A DNA stretch of 64,000 nucleotides from Candidatus Krumholzibacteriota bacterium (GCA_029262065.1 JAJDAC010000023.1:3828-67827), one strand, 5' to 3'. Numbered from the stretch's first letter, positions 1 through 10,844 are shown. Notes: generated from the letters alone by a model not told the origin. Translations and numbers: made by a program.

Positions 1-1
1 G

Positions 2-334
2 TCGCAGCTGCGAGCCTATCCCTGGCCCGGCAACATTCGCGAGCTGCGGAACATCATGGAACGTGCGCACATTCTCGCCGGCACCGACATGATCGGCGAT
101 GAGCATATTGCCCTACCCACGGTCCGCGCGTCGGCGACCGGAGCGAGCAGTGCTGACCCGGCCGATCTCAACCTGGAGCGGCACGAGAAGAACCTGATCC
201 AGGTGGCGCTCAGGCGAAGCGGCGGCAACAAGACCCGCGCCGCCCAGATGTTGGGACTCACCCGACGAGCCCTGTACAGCCGCATGGAACGCCTGGACAT
301 CCCCATCGACGGCCCCGCCGAGGACGGTGCCTGA
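2..334 (+). CDS. sigma-54-dependent transcriptional activator (NtrC/Fis family), C-terminal part; 5' end outside window
   Basis: Frame from base 2 reads YPWPGNIRELRNIMERA (AAA+ C-terminal motif) then a Fis-type HTH, ALRRSGGNKTRAAQMLGLTRRALYSRM. Confidence 0.93.
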   Translation, partial: SQLRAYPWPGNIRELRNIMERAHILAGTDMIGDEHIALPTVRASATGASSADPADLNLERHEKNLIQVALRRSGGNKTRAAQMLGLTRRALYSRMERLDIPIDGPAEDGA

Positions 335-456
335 TGGCCGCACGGGGACGAACCTGTACCCAGGGGTACGCTGTGAGTGTCCCCGCGACCGCTTCCGGTT
401 GGATGTATATGGTTGATATCAATAGCGTTATAGCTCATTGTATGCCCTTCGCAGAG

Positions 457-473
457 CCGGAACGGAGTGTGCT
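457..473 (+). promoter_or_regulatory. putative sigma-54 (-24/-12) promoter
   Basis: CCGGAACGGAGTGTGCT has GG-N10-GC spacing, about 55 nt upstream of ATG 528 and just downstream of a sigma-54 activator gene. Confidence 0.5.
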
Positions 474-527
474 CCATCTGCTTTGAGGCGCGGCCGGGGG
501 GTCGTGACCCAGGATGGAATTTGAACA

Positions 528-1598
528 ATGAAACGCACAGTCAAGATCATGATTCTCTGGACGGCGCTGCTGGCGTTGGTGGCGGCTTCCAGCCCGTCGT
601 CGGCCCAGATTGGTTCCAGCGATGCGGCCGAACAGCGCGAGCGCGTTGAGCGAGAGCTCGGTCGCACGCGCGAGATTCTCGAGAGGATCGCGCCTTTTAT
701 TCTCGAGGCCGACCTGCCCCGCGCTCGCGAGCTTTTCGAGAAAGCCGTGCAGCTACAGACCCGGGCACGTATCCGTCTGGAAGGCACCGACAGTCTCGCC
801 CCGGAGGCCACGCGTGGCTTCGGACAGGCGCTAACGCTGACGCTTCAGGCGCGCGAGCTCGGCAAGCGAGCCGGGCAGCTGGTGCGTGAACAAGTTGGTT
901 TGGAGGAGCGAGCCAGGCGATTGCTCGATCAAGCGACGACCCGGCTCGAGCGGATGTCCGACCATGGTTCCGACGATCCGCGTTTTGCAACCGTGTTGCA
1001 GGAAGCGCGCTCCCAGCTGGAGACGGCGTATCGCCACTTCCGTGACCAGAATTTCGAAATCGCCGTGCGCTTGGCCGAGTCCGCGTTGAAACTTCTCGAA
1101 GTGGCTCCGTCGGCCAATGATCCCATGCATCGTCGAGATCGTTTGGAGCTGGCGATTCGTCGCACCCACGATTTGTTGCAACGGGCGGTCGAGCGATCCG
1201 ATGAGTTGAGCGAGAACGGTCGCAATCAACTTCGCCAGGCCGAGGCCTTGCTGCAGCGAGCCCGCGCGCGTTTCGAGAATGGCAATCTGGCTCAGGCCGA
1301 TGCGCTCAACAAAGAGTGCCGTCGCGTCCTTCGCGAGGTCCTGAGCGATGTACGCGATGTGGGCCCCGATCAGGTTACCGGGGCCATGGAACAGTTTGAT
1401 ACGAATCTGACGCGGTTACGCGACGAACTTGGCTCGACTCCCCCCCAGGAAGTCGAAGCGCTGATCGAGCGGGCCATGCAGGAGCGCGATCGAGCGGAGC
1501 AGGCGCAGGCGGCGGGCGACCACGCCGGGGCCCTAGCTCGACTTCGCGCGGCTTTGGGTATGCTCGACCGGGCTCGCAACCTGGCTGAGAAGCGGTAG
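528..1598 (+). CDS. exported all-alpha helical repeat protein, function unknown
   Basis: Sec signal peptide (MKRTVKIMILWTALLALVAASSPSSA); repeated amphipathic helical units such as RERVERELGRTREILER and RDRLELAIRRTHDLLQR. Confidence 0.8.
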   Translation: MKRTVKIMILWTALLALVAASSPSSAQIGSSDAAEQRERVERELGRTREILERIAPFILEADLPRARELFEKAVQLQTRARIRLEGTDSLAPEATRGFGQALTLTLQARELGKRAGQLVREQVGLEERARRLLDQATTRLERMSDHGSDDPRFATVLQEARSQLETAYRHFRDQNFEIAVRLAESALKLLEVAPSANDPMHRRDRLELAIRRTHDLLQRAVERSDELSENGRNQLRQAEALLQRARARFENGNLAQADALNKECRRVLREVLSDVRDVGPDQVTGAMEQFDTNLTRLRDELGSTPPQEVEALIERAMQERDRAEQAQAAGDHAGALARLRAALGMLDRARNLAEKR

Positions 1599-1717
1599 CA
1601 ACGCTGGCAATAACTGGATCTTTCGCGGAGGCGGGGCGCCGTTGGGCAGGCGACCCCGTTTCATCCTGTCTCGTGCCCGCGTGAAATATCCTGGCTCTTC
1701 CTCGTTTTGCACGGATC

Positions 1718-3013
1718 GTGTTGGCGCCGTGGGCCCTGGTGGCTCTCGTCGTCATTTGCGTCCCAATCGAATCTGTTGCCCAGGGCGAGGAAAAGGTCGG
1801 AGCCAACGGAAGCATCGAGGTGGGCCTCGATAGCTTCGCCCAACAGTTCCGAATAACCGACAACTTCACCAGCGATGTCTTCGTGACCGAGCGCGCATTG
1901 CGCGACACCACCGACGTGTTCACGGAAATGCGCGCGGCGGGGCAATTCGAGGTGGGTCGGCGGCGCGGACCCCGGCGGTGGCGGCTGCTGGCCCGGGCCT
2001 CGGCCGGAACCGACATGTTCCGCGAGTCCCTGGCGTTCGAACTTCGTCGGCGCCCGCTGGAAGGGTCGTACCTGTTCGACGCCGACGCCCGCGTCGATGG
2101 TCGTCAATTTCGTAGCGACAGCGATTTCAGTTTGAGCAGTGACAACGTCGAGGCCTCGGTGCGTCTGCACGGTCGCCGGCGTCTGGGGGAAGACTTCGAT
2201 CTGGGTGTTCGTGTACGCGGCCAGGGCACCCGCTACGAGCGGCGCAGCCTCTACGAATACGATCAGAACCGGGCCGATGTCTCGCTCACCACATCGTTTC
2301 GGCGGGGATGGACACTCGATGTTTCGGCCGAGGTCGGGGGTGGTCGTCGCGACGTTCCCGATAGTAGCGCGATATCGTACGACCGTGGATTCGCGCGGGG
2401 GGACCTGGCCTGGCTTGTAGACGACAAGGTCGAGTTGCGATTCCACGGCGGCGTCGAGCACCGCGAATTCGACGATTCCAACACGCGGCAACCCTACTGG
2501 AACACGCTGGTCGAGCCGGAAATAGCCTGGTCGTTTCGCGAAGGCTGGAAACTGGAGCTGCGCACGGCGGCCGAGTGGTTGAACTACGAACAGAGCACGT
2601 CGGTCTACTTCGATGCGGTGGCCGGCAGCGTGGGGCTGTGGTTGCGCCGGCAAAAAGGGTCGTTGGAAGTTGGCGTCGAGCCCCGGGTGTCGTGGTTTGG
2701 TGCGCCAAGCGATGTCGAAGACGAGTACACGCAGCCCAGTGTCGTGCTGCGCTTCGACTGGTTTGGGGGGAGCCGCCTGTGGCTTTCGTTCAGTGAAGAA
2801 ATCGGCCACCGCGATTACCGCGAGCCCTCCGACGACAGTCTCGATCTCTACAGTGACTACGTGTTCTTTCGAACCACGTTCATCTCTTCGTTTCGGCTTC
2901 GCGAGGGATTGTCAATCGACGCATTCCTGAGCGACGAGCCGGAGTCGCATCGTCTCGACGCGGACGATGCACGGCTCACCCTGATTACACTTTCCCTGCG
3001 CCAGAGTTTCTGA
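1718..3013 (+). CDS. putative outer-membrane beta-barrel protein
   Basis: Signal-peptide-like N-terminus, alternating hydrophobic/polar strands, C-terminal beta-signal-like ITLSLRQSF. Confidence 0.75.
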   Translation: MLAPWALVALVVICVPIESVAQGEEKVGANGSIEVGLDSFAQQFRITDNFTSDVFVTERALRDTTDVFTEMRAAGQFEVGRRRGPRRWRLLARASAGTDMFRESLAFELRRRPLEGSYLFDADARVDGRQFRSDSDFSLSSDNVEASVRLHGRRRLGEDFDLGVRVRGQGTRYERRSLYEYDQNRADVSLTTSFRRGWTLDVSAEVGGGRRDVPDSSAISYDRGFARGDLAWLVDDKVELRFHGGVEHREFDDSNTRQPYWNTLVEPEIAWSFREGWKLELRTAAEWLNYEQSTSVYFDAVAGSVGLWLRRQKGSLEVGVEPRVSWFGAPSDVEDEYTQPSVVLRFDWFGGSRLWLSFSEEIGHRDYREPSDDSLDLYSDYVFFRTTFISSFRLREGLSIDAFLSDEPESHRLDADDARLTLITLSLRQSF

Positions 3014-3019
3014 GGCCTG

Positions 3020-3520
3020 CTACAGATCGCTTCTCGGCCGACGCAATAGTTGAATCTCGAAGGCCACGGGCTCGTGCGGTAGTTGCGGCGTCAGCTCGAT
3101 CGCCAGGGTTCCGTCGGCGATCGGTTTCAGGTCGATCACCAGGTCCATGACCAGCATGTCCTCGAAGGGCCGAAACCGGAGGTCAGACGGTAGCCGGACC
3201 TCGACGCCGCCGGCACCCCGAATTCGTCCCGCGTAGGCGACGTTCGCCACGGCCTGGGGTGGCGCCTCGAACGTGAGAACCAGCGAATCAGTGTCGTCGG
3301 GTAGGATCACCCGCGGCAATCGCATGGCTTCCTCGCTGGTCAGCCCCGGTGGAATGCGCAGAAGCGTGTACGACACGGGGATTTCGTCCTGCGACCGCTC
3401 AAGAACTTGCCGGCCCCACCATACGGCCAGGCCAATCGCCACCGCGATCAGACTGGTGCGAACGAGAAGTAGGGTGCGACGGCGCACGCTTGGTCGGCGC
3501 GAGGCGGAAATGGCGGTCAC
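3020..3520 (-). CDS. single-pass membrane protein with a C-terminal beta-rich domain, hypothetical
   Basis: GTG at 3520 with GGAG 5 nt upstream; basic N-terminus, TM segment LIAVAIGLAVWW, then a beta-strand-rich domain. Confidence 0.65.
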   Translation of the reverse strand: MTAISASRRPSVRRRTLLLVRTSLIAVAIGLAVWWGRQVLERSQDEIPVSYTLLRIPPGLTSEEAMRLPRVILPDDTDSLVLTFEAPPQAVANVAYAGRIRGAGGVEVRLPSDLRFRPFEDMLVMDLVIDLKPIADGTLAIELTPQLPHEPVAFEIQLLRRPRSDL

Positions 3521-3739
3521 TGGTACTCCGATGGAGAAATTGACGGCAGGAACCTGGGAGTGCAGCAAGCGTGGCACCACTTCGGCAGCCGCGGCGCGAA
3601 GCATTTGGTACAATCTAGGCGAAAGAGATTTTCCGATCGTCTGGTTTGGTGCGTCGGCTGCAGAACAAGTAGATACGTGCTTTTCGCTGATTTCCCGTAG
3701 ACCGCACGTGTTCCTTCCGGAGGCTTCTTGTCGTACCCC

Positions 3740-6307
3740 GTGACACATCGTCGTTCCCTTGCGAATGCACGTTGGGCCGTGGTCCTGGGGGTGCTTTTTG
3801 GGGTGAATGCCCCAACCGCTGCGCAGATTTGCGCTCCGGCGCCCGGGGTGAAGGTGCCGGCGGCGGCGCTACGCATGGTCGATGACGACCGCCGGGCGTT
3901 TCAGCTTTCGCGGTCCTGGGTCGATCGCGCCGGGCGAAACGCGGCAAAGTCAGGGGCCAAGGCGCTTTCCGGTACGTTCGTCGTCCCCTTGCTGCCGGTC
4001 ATGTTCGCGAATTCGGCCTTTCCTCCGTTCCCGCCGGCCGCGCTGGAACAGGCGTTGTTTGCCGCGGGAACATCGGAGTCGGCGAGCCCCACGGTAACCC
4101 AGGTCTACGACGAGATGAGCCAAGGCCGGTTGCGGGTCGAGGGCGATGTCATGGACTGGACCCAACTTGATCGCGACGACACCTGGTACGAAGGCACCAC
4201 CAGCGGCTTGGACAACACCGACGCGCACATCGGAGAGTTGATATTCTCCACGCTCAGCGCGCGTGACGGTGCTGTCGATTTTGGTCGTTTCGACAACGAC
4301 GGACCCGACGGCGTGCCCAACAGCGGCGACGATGACGGTTACGTGGACCTGGCCATGTTCGTGCACTCAGAAGGCGGCGGCGAGTGCGGTTCGGAAAACA
4401 TATGGTCGCATCGTTGGACCTACCGCGCCTGGCCTCGCAGTGGTGGCGCACCGTTCGTGACCAACGACGTGCGAGCCAACGGCGGTCCGATTCTCATTGA
4501 TGACTACGCCATCGTTCCCGGCCTCGGCTGCGACTCCCAGACCGTGAACGACATCGGCATCTTCTGTCACGAGATCGGGCACGCATTCGGGCTTCCCGAC
4601 CTGTACGACCTGAACGGAGGCGGCGCCGGGCTTGGGCATTGGTGCCTGATGGCCAGCGGCAACTGGAACACGCCGCAAACCCCGGCGCACATGAGTGCCT
4701 GGTGCAAGCAGCAGCTGGGCTGGGTCGAGACGGTTATCGTGGAGTGGCGCGACACACCTTTGAATGTGGCACCGGTGGTCGATGAACCAGTGGTGTACGA
4801 ACTGCCGGTGCGCGAAGACCGTTGGCGACGACGCGACGATTGTCCGCTGAAGGGGACGCAATCGATGACGGTGGGTTTGTTCGATGCAGAACCCACCGCG
4901 CGCGCGTGGCCCGTGGCGCGCGGCTACGGCAATGCATGGCGCGAAACCGTCGCCCGTGAGTTCGCGGTAAGTCCGGGAGCTGGCCCGGTAACGATCGACT
5001 TCGACTACCGCGTGGAAACCGAGGAAGCCTACGACTTCGTACTGGTGGTCGTGGAAGTAGACGGCGAAGAGAACACCATGGATGTGTTCAATGGGCACCA
5101 TGACGATCGGGCTTCGTATACCGTGCCGCCGGCCTGGTTGGGCGATTCATCGAAGTTCACGTTGAAGTTCCGTTTCACGTCGGATGGTTCGTTTTCCAGC
5201 GAAGATGGAAGGGTCGTCGTGGAGTGCGCACCATTCGCATTCGACGATGTTGTCGTGCAGCAGGCTGCTTCGTTGCACCGATCGGACTTCGAGGATCATC
5301 GTGACGGGTGGTTCGCACCGCGCAACGAGCGCGACAACCCCGTGTCGGAAGTTTTTCTGATTGAGAACAGGCAGCGCAGTGGCACCGACGCAGCTCTCCA
5401 CGGCGAAGGATTGGCGATCTACCATGTTGATCGCGATGTGATCAGAAGCCAGTTGGGAAACACCGGTGGCGATGACGATCGCCGGGCGCGCGCGATCGTA
5501 TTGGAAGAAGCCGATGGCTTGGGCAACCTGGTCGCGGCCGACGGCGGGCGTGGCGATGAAGGTGATCTCTGGCCCGGCCTGGACGCCAGCCGCTTCGACG
5601 CCCAGAGCGTACCCTCTTCGCGTAGCAACAGCGGTCGTGTCACCCCGGTGAGTGTGGATCAGCTATCCAAGGCCGGGGCCTACGTTTCCTGCCTGGTGCG
5701 AGCGGGCGACCCCGCGCCCCGGGCCGACGGGCTGGAGCCCGGGGTCGTGGATCTGGGCGCAACCTCCGGCGGCGTTGTCCACTTTGAGCTGGTGGGCGCG
5801 GGGCAAGTTCTACCCGGAGCCCGGTTGAGGCTGGTTCGGTCCGGGCGGGCCGACCTGGTCTTGACGACGACCTGGACCGACTACCACGTGGTGACCGCCG
5901 AAGCGGCCACGGCATCCCTCGCCGACGGCATCTACGACGTGGTGGTGGAGAATCCTGATGGCCAGACGGCGGTTCTGGTGTCGGCCCTGGCCGTCGATGG
6001 CGGTGGGCCCCAGACACCAACCTTGCCCTCGGCCTTGAGCCTGGCGCAGAATTACCCGAACCCATTCAACCCTTCCACCACACTCGATTTTGCTCTCTCG
6101 AGTGAGGGTGACTTCCGCCTGGATGTCTACGACGAGCGTGGGCGGCACGTTCGGCGGCTCGACCGGGGCTCGCGCGGAGCAGGGTACTACCAGACGCAAT
6201 GGGACGGGCTTGACGATGCAGGCCGCACCGTCGCCAGCGGTCTGTACTTCGCCCGGCTGGTGGCGGGCGGCACCGCCCAGCAACGCAAGATGATGCTCAT
6301 TCGCTAG
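3740..6307 (+). CDS. M6 (immune inhibitor A-like) zinc metalloprotease with C-terminal FlgD-Ig/T9SS-like sorting domain
   Basis: HEIGHAFGLPDLY, WCLMASGNW, PAHMSAWCKQQLGW, acidic loop DNDGPDGVPNSGDDDGYVD, C-terminal QNYPNPFNPST...WDGLDDAG...SGLYF; start (3728 TTG or 3740 GTG) uncertain. Confidence 0.9.
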   Translation: MTHRRSLANARWAVVLGVLFGVNAPTAAQICAPAPGVKVPAAALRMVDDDRRAFQLSRSWVDRAGRNAAKSGAKALSGTFVVPLLPVMFANSAFPPFPPAALEQALFAAGTSESASPTVTQVYDEMSQGRLRVEGDVMDWTQLDRDDTWYEGTTSGLDNTDAHIGELIFSTLSARDGAVDFGRFDNDGPDGVPNSGDDDGYVDLAMFVHSEGGGECGSENIWSHRWTYRAWPRSGGAPFVTNDVRANGGPILIDDYAIVPGLGCDSQTVNDIGIFCHEIGHAFGLPDLYDLNGGGAGLGHWCLMASGNWNTPQTPAHMSAWCKQQLGWVETVIVEWRDTPLNVAPVVDEPVVYELPVREDRWRRRDDCPLKGTQSMTVGLFDAEPTARAWPVARGYGNAWRETVAREFAVSPGAGPVTIDFDYRVETEEAYDFVLVVVEVDGEENTMDVFNGHHDDRASYTVPPAWLGDSSKFTLKFRFTSDGSFSSEDGRVVVECAPFAFDDVVVQQAASLHRSDFEDHRDGWFAPRNERDNPVSEVFLIENRQRSGTDAALHGEGLAIYHVDRDVIRSQLGNTGGDDDRRARAIVLEEADGLGNLVAADGGRGDEGDLWPGLDASRFDAQSVPSSRSNSGRVTPVSVDQLSKAGAYVSCLVRAGDPAPRADGLEPGVVDLGATSGGVVHFELVGAGQVLPGARLRLVRSGRADLVLTTTWTDYHVVTAEAATASLADGIYDVVVENPDGQTAVLVSALAVDGGGPQTPTLPSALSLAQNYPNPFNPSTTLDFALSSEGDFRLDVYDERGRHVRRLDRGSRGAGYYQTQWDGLDDAGRTVASGLYFARLVAGGTAQQRKMMLIR

Positions 6308-6411
6308 GACGGGCGGGTTTGGCTGCGCCGAGCCTACTCGCTCGGATTGCCGCCGGTTTCGCGATCTGCTAGCCTCCTCGTTTCCCACTACCGAAACGAC
6401 GCGAGACCGCC

Positions 6412-7845
6412 ATGGCCGAAAAGCTCACCAAACAATCGAACGACTATTCACGCTGGTACCAGGAAGTGGTGCAGCGCGGCGATCTGGCCGACTACGCGCC
6501 CGTAAAGGGCTGCATGGTGATCAAGCCGTACGGGTACGCGCTGTGGGAGAACATGCAGCGCGAGCTGGATAGAATGTTCAAGGAAACCGGGCACGTGAAT
6601 GCCTACTTCCCCATGCTCATCCCCGAGAGTTTCCTTGCCAAAGAGGCTGAGCACGTAGAGGGGTTTTCGCCGGAGCTTGCGGTGGTGACCCACGCGGGTG
6701 GCAAGAAGCTCGAAGAGAACTACGTCATTCGTCCCACGTCCGAGACGATCATCTGGGACACCTATAAAAAGTGGATCCAGAGCCACCGTGACCTTCCCAT
6801 TCTCGTGAACCAGTGGGCCAATGTTGTGCGTTGGGAAATGCGCACGCGTTTGTTCCTGCGCACGACCGAATTCCTGTGGCAGGAAGGTCATACCGCGCAC
6901 GCTACGGCCGACGAAGCGCAGGAGGAAACCCTGCGTATGCTCGAGGTGTATCGTTGTTTTTCTGAAGACTACATGGCCGTGCCGGTGCTGACCGGCGTGA
7001 AGACTGACCGCGAGAAATTCGCCGGTGCCGTCCGGACCTACTGTATCGAGGCGCTCATGGGCGACAAGAAAGCCCTGCAGGCGGGGACCAGTCACAACCT
7101 GGGACAGAACTTCGCCAAGGCCTTCGACGTGACGTACCTGAGTTCCGAAGACAAGCGCGAACACGTGTGGGCCACCAGTTGGGGCGTGTCCACGCGGCTC
7201 GTGGGTGCGCTGGTCATGGCGCATGGCGACGACGCCGGTCTCGTTTTGCCGCCGCGGCTGGCGCCGCATCAGATGGTGATGGTGCCCATCTACCGTAGCG
7301 ATGAAGAACGTGAAGCGACCATGGGCGCCTGCAAAAAGCTCGAGGCCGAGCTGAAGGCCGCGGGCGTGCGCGTGAAGATCGACGACCGCGATCACCTGCG
7401 GCCGGGATTCAAGTTCGCCGAATGGGAGCTGAAAGGAGTTCCGCTACGGGTGGAAGTGGGCCCGCGCGACGTGGCCAGCGAGCAGGTGGTGCTGGCGCAG
7501 CGCCACAGCCGTGAGAAGGCGCCGCATCCCATGGGCTCATTGGCCGCCGACGCGCCGCGCATTCTGGAAGAGATCCAGCGTTCGATTTTCGAGAAGGCCA
7601 AGGCTTTCCGTGCGGAAAACTCCCACCGGGTCGACACGTGGGATGACTTCCTGGGTACCTTGAACGAGAAGGGCGGATTCCTCTACGCCCATTGGGACGG
7701 AACCACGGAAACGGAAGCGACCATTCAGGAAAAGACGAAGGCCACCATTCGCTGCATCCCGCTGGACGACGATGTCGAAGACGGCGCCTGTATTCTTACT
7801 GGGAAGCCCAGCGCACGCCGAGTAGTCTTCGCCCGAGCCTACTAG
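6412..7845 (+). CDS. proS: proline--tRNA ligase (archaeal/eukaryote-like type)
   Basis: [49 protein letters not shown]-terminal FARAY. Confidence 0.97.
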   Translation: MAEKLTKQSNDYSRWYQEVVQRGDLADYAPVKGCMVIKPYGYALWENMQRELDRMFKETGHVNAYFPMLIPESFLAKEAEHVEGFSPELAVVTHAGGKKLEENYVIRPTSETIIWDTYKKWIQSHRDLPILVNQWANVVRWEMRTRLFLRTTEFLWQEGHTAHATADEAQEETLRMLEVYRCFSEDYMAVPVLTGVKTDREKFAGAVRTYCIEALMGDKKALQAGTSHNLGQNFAKAFDVTYLSSEDKREHVWATSWGVSTRLVGALVMAHGDDAGLVLPPRLAPHQMVMVPIYRSDEEREATMGACKKLEAELKAAGVRVKIDDRDHLRPGFKFAEWELKGVPLRVEVGPRDVASEQVVLAQRHSREKAPHPMGSLAADAPRILEEIQRSIFEKAKAFRAENSHRVDTWDDFLGTLNEKGGFLYAHWDGTTETEATIQEKTKATIRCIPLDDDVEDGACILTGKPSARRVVFARAY

Positions 7846-7877
7846 GACTTTTCAAATCACCAAGGGCAGGAACCTAC

Positions 7878-9203
7878 TTGGTTCGCCGTTCGACTCTCTC
7901 TTCCGGGTCGGTTTCCGCCAGTGTGCGTCGCCAGACGCTGATCGTGCTGGCGCTTGTCAGCTTGCTTTGGCGGGTCGTGCCGTTGGTGCGCCTGGTGCGT
8001 CGGGCCGAAGAGGCAACCGGCGCGCTGGCCGAGTACGCATACCTATGGCCGTTCGAGGGTGCCCGGTTCGGCCTGATGGGTTTCCTGTCGCACGAGCAAC
8101 TCGCACTCGTGGGCAGTCCGCTGTATCTGCTGCTGGCTGCCATCGAGACCCAGTTCAAGACCCAGGGCGCCATACTGCTGCTGTTGCAGACGCTCGCGTC
8201 GGTCGCGCTGCCCTTCGTGGTCCTGAGAGTAGGCACGCGCGCCTTGGGTTTCGTTTCTGGCGCGGTGGGGGCGTTTGTTTGTGCACTCAGCGCTCCCTTG
8301 TTGCTCAGCGGTCTCACTCTTATCCCAACTCTTTTCATGACGCTGGCCGGCGTTGCCTATGCCGGCCAGTTGTTCGCGTTCGGACAGCGTCGCGAACCCG
8401 GCGGCGCAGTTTGGTTGGGCGTGGCCTGTGGCGGACTGTGCTGGATCGGTGGAGCACTCGCGCTCTGGTTGCCGGCGACCCTGGGCTGGTTGCCTTGGAT
8501 GAGCCGCAGTTTCCGTGGTCGGGCCGGCCTTTCGGTGGCCGCGTGGGTTCTGGCGGGTTGGATTCTGGCTCTCAGTCCGCTCATGGTCAGGAGTCTCCTG
8601 GTGCAGGGCGACCTGGTTCTTCCGTTCCAGAACGCCGGTTTCGACCTTTACGTAGCGGCCAACAGCGATCAGGTGGTTCAGGACGATTCACCCGACAATA
8701 TGCCCTACGCCGTGGGGCGACGGGCCCGGTCGATCATGCTGGAAGGCGAATCCCATCGAACCGAATGGGGTCGGTCGTGGCACTATTTCAAGGCTGCGGC
8801 TCGCGCGCGTCCGCTGGATGCGGTGGGGGCTCGTGCCCTGGCGTTCGTGGGTGGGCTGGTTGATGGTCCCGTGGTGCGCTCGACTGAACCGGCCCGTGGT
8901 TTGTTGCGTTATCTGCCCATGATTCCGGGCGGCCTGGTGGGAGCCGTGTCCTGGTTGGGCATCTTGGCTCTGCTGGCCAGCATTCGGACATATTGGCCTT
9001 TGTTTGCCGGTCTCGCGGTACCGGGATTGGTAGCGGTGTCGACGGGCGTGGCCGCGAGTGTCCAGATCCTCAGTCTGCCTTTTATTGCGCTGTTGGCCGC
9101 CTACGGCCTGGTTCGCTGGTGGGACGCCCGCTCGGCGCCCATTACCTGGCTATTGGGACCGATGGCCTTGGCCCTCGGGGCGTGGCTGACGTGGGCCAAT
9201 TGA
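7878..9203 (+). CDS. multi-pass membrane protein, ArnT/PMT (GT-C) glycosyltransferase-like, divergent
   Basis: About 11 hydrophobic segments; SPLYLLLLA and NAGFDLYVAAN resemble motifs of the paralog at 48551; start uncertain. Confidence 0.6.
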   Translation: MVRRSTLSSGSVSASVRRQTLIVLALVSLLWRVVPLVRLVRRAEEATGALAEYAYLWPFEGARFGLMGFLSHEQLALVGSPLYLLLAAIETQFKTQGAILLLLQTLASVALPFVVLRVGTRALGFVSGAVGAFVCALSAPLLLSGLTLIPTLFMTLAGVAYAGQLFAFGQRREPGGAVWLGVACGGLCWIGGALALWLPATLGWLPWMSRSFRGRAGLSVAAWVLAGWILALSPLMVRSLLVQGDLVLPFQNAGFDLYVAANSDQVVQDDSPDNMPYAVGRRARSIMLEGESHRTEWGRSWHYFKAAARARPLDAVGARALAFVGGLVDGPVVRSTEPARGLLRYLPMIPGGLVGAVSWLGILALLASIRTYWPLFAGLAVPGLVAVSTGVAASVQILSLPFIALLAAYGLVRWWDARSAPITWLLGPMALALGAWLTWAN

Positions 9204-9280
9204 GTGCGTTCTTGGGGTGTTTCACCGTGTGGGCAGAGATGGACCAGGCTGAACTGTACTGGTTGGACCCTAGCTGTGCA

Positions 9281-9309
9281 TTGCCCTGTGCGGGTCGACT
9301 TTCTATACT
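9281..9309 (+). promoter_or_regulatory. putative sigma-70 promoter of pdxST
   Basis: TTGCCC-N17-TATACT. Confidence 0.5.
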
Positions 9310-9366
9310 TTGCCCTGCGTGGAAAAACCAACTCACCCGGCGAACATCCGCCGCAGGGAGAATGAG

Positions 9367-10266
9367 ATGAGCGAAAAGAACGGGGCGAAGGACGATCGGT
9401 TGCGCCTGAAGGTGGGCCTGGCCGAGATGCTCAAGGGCGGCGTCATCATGGACGTGAGCAACGCCGAGCAAGCCAAGATTGCCGAAGACGCCGGGGCCGT
9501 GGCCGTCATGGCGCTAGAGCGCATTCCGGCCGACATCCGCGCCCAGGGTGGTGTGGCCCGCATGTCCAACCCCTCCATGATCGAAGAGATCAAGGGTATG
9601 GTTTCGGTACCGGTCATGGCCAAGTGTCGGATCGGCCACTTCGTCGAGGCCCAGATTCTCCAGGCGCTGGGAGTGGACTTCATCGACGAGAGCGAGGTGC
9701 TGACGCCCGCCGACGAGACGAACCACGTCGACAAGTTCGCGTTCGATGCACCGTTCGTGTGCGGCGCCAAGAACCTGGGCGAGGCCATGCGTCGTATCGC
9801 CGAGGGCGCCTGCATGATCCGTTCGAAGGGCGAGCCGGGCACAGGCAACATCGTGGAGGCGGTGCGTCACATGCGCGCCATCCAGAACGGCATCAAGCAG
9901 CTCGTGGGTCTCGACCCCGGCGAAATCATGACGCATTGCAAGGAAATCGGCGCGCCGTACCACGTAGCGTTGCAGGTTCGTGAACTGGGCAAGCTGCCGG
10001 TGCCGTTGTTCGCGGCGGGCGGCGTGGCCACTCCGGCCGATGCCGCTCTTATGATGCAACTGGGTGCCGAGACGGTGTTCGTGGGCAGCGGCATCTTCAA
10101 GAGCACCGATCCTGCCGCACGCGCCCGCGCCATCGTCCAGGCCGTCACCTACTACGACGATCCCAAGAAGCTCATGGAAGTTTCGGCGGGGTTGGGCGAC
10201 GCCATGGAAGGACTGGAGATCGACAAGTTGCCGGCCGACCAGCTCATGGCGGGCCGCGGCTGGTAG
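9367..10266 (+). CDS. pdxS: pyridoxal 5'-phosphate synthase lyase subunit
   Basis: [69 protein letters not shown]. Confidence 0.98.
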   Translation: MSEKNGAKDDRLRLKVGLAEMLKGGVIMDVSNAEQAKIAEDAGAVAVMALERIPADIRAQGGVARMSNPSMIEEIKGMVSVPVMAKCRIGHFVEAQILQALGVDFIDESEVLTPADETNHVDKFAFDAPFVCGAKNLGEAMRRIAEGACMIRSKGEPGTGNIVEAVRHMRAIQNGIKQLVGLDPGEIMTHCKEIGAPYHVALQVRELGKLPVPLFAAGGVATPADAALMMQLGAETVFVGSGIFKSTDPAARARAIVQAVTYYDDPKKLMEVSAGLGDAMEGLEIDKLPADQLMAGRGW

Positions 10267-10268
10267 CC

Positions 10269-10844
10269 TTGCGCGTCGGTGTACTTGCACTTCAGGGCGA
10301 TTTTGCCCTGCACGCCGAGCTCCTGCAGGGGCTCGGCGTCGACGTTCTGATGGTGCGGCGTCCTGGCGATTTCGAACCGTGCGATGCGCTCGTGGTTCCC
10401 GGTGGCGAGTCGACCGTGCTGCACCGGCTTCTTCGCATCAACGACATGCTCGATCCGTTGGTGGAGTTTGCGGCCAACAAACCCCTCATGGGTACCTGCG
10501 CGGGCTGCATTCTCATGGCGACCAGTCTCGAAGACGCGGGCGGGGTGGAACCCATGGGCCTCATCGACATCACGGTGCGGCGCAACGGCTACGGCCGGCA
10601 GGTCGACAGCTTCGAGGCCCAGCTTACTCCGGTCGTCGAGGGGTTCAACTCGGAAGAAGGAGCTCCGTGCGGCGTGTTCATTCGCGCTCCTCGTATTACG
10701 CGCACGGGCCAAGGCGTCGAAATCGTGGCCTGCTATCAACAGGAACCGGTCGCCGTGCGCGCGGGAAGTCACTTCGCTCTCACGTTCCATCCCGAGGTTG
10801 CGCGTGACGCGCGTTGGCATGACTGGTGGCTGAGGACGTTGTAG
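10269..10844 (+). CDS. pdxT: pyridoxal 5'-phosphate synthase glutaminase subunit
   Basis: GVLALQGDF, PGGEST, GTCAG, RNGYGRQVDSF, FIRAP, FHPE; follows pdxS. Confidence 0.97.
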   Translation: MRVGVLALQGDFALHAELLQGLGVDVLMVRRPGDFEPCDALVVPGGESTVLHRLLRINDMLDPLVEFAANKPLMGTCAGCILMATSLEDAGGVEPMGLIDITVRRNGYGRQVDSFEAQLTPVVEGFNSEEGAPCGVFIRAPRITRTGQGVEIVACYQQEPVAVRAGSHFALTFHPEVARDARWHDWWLRTL

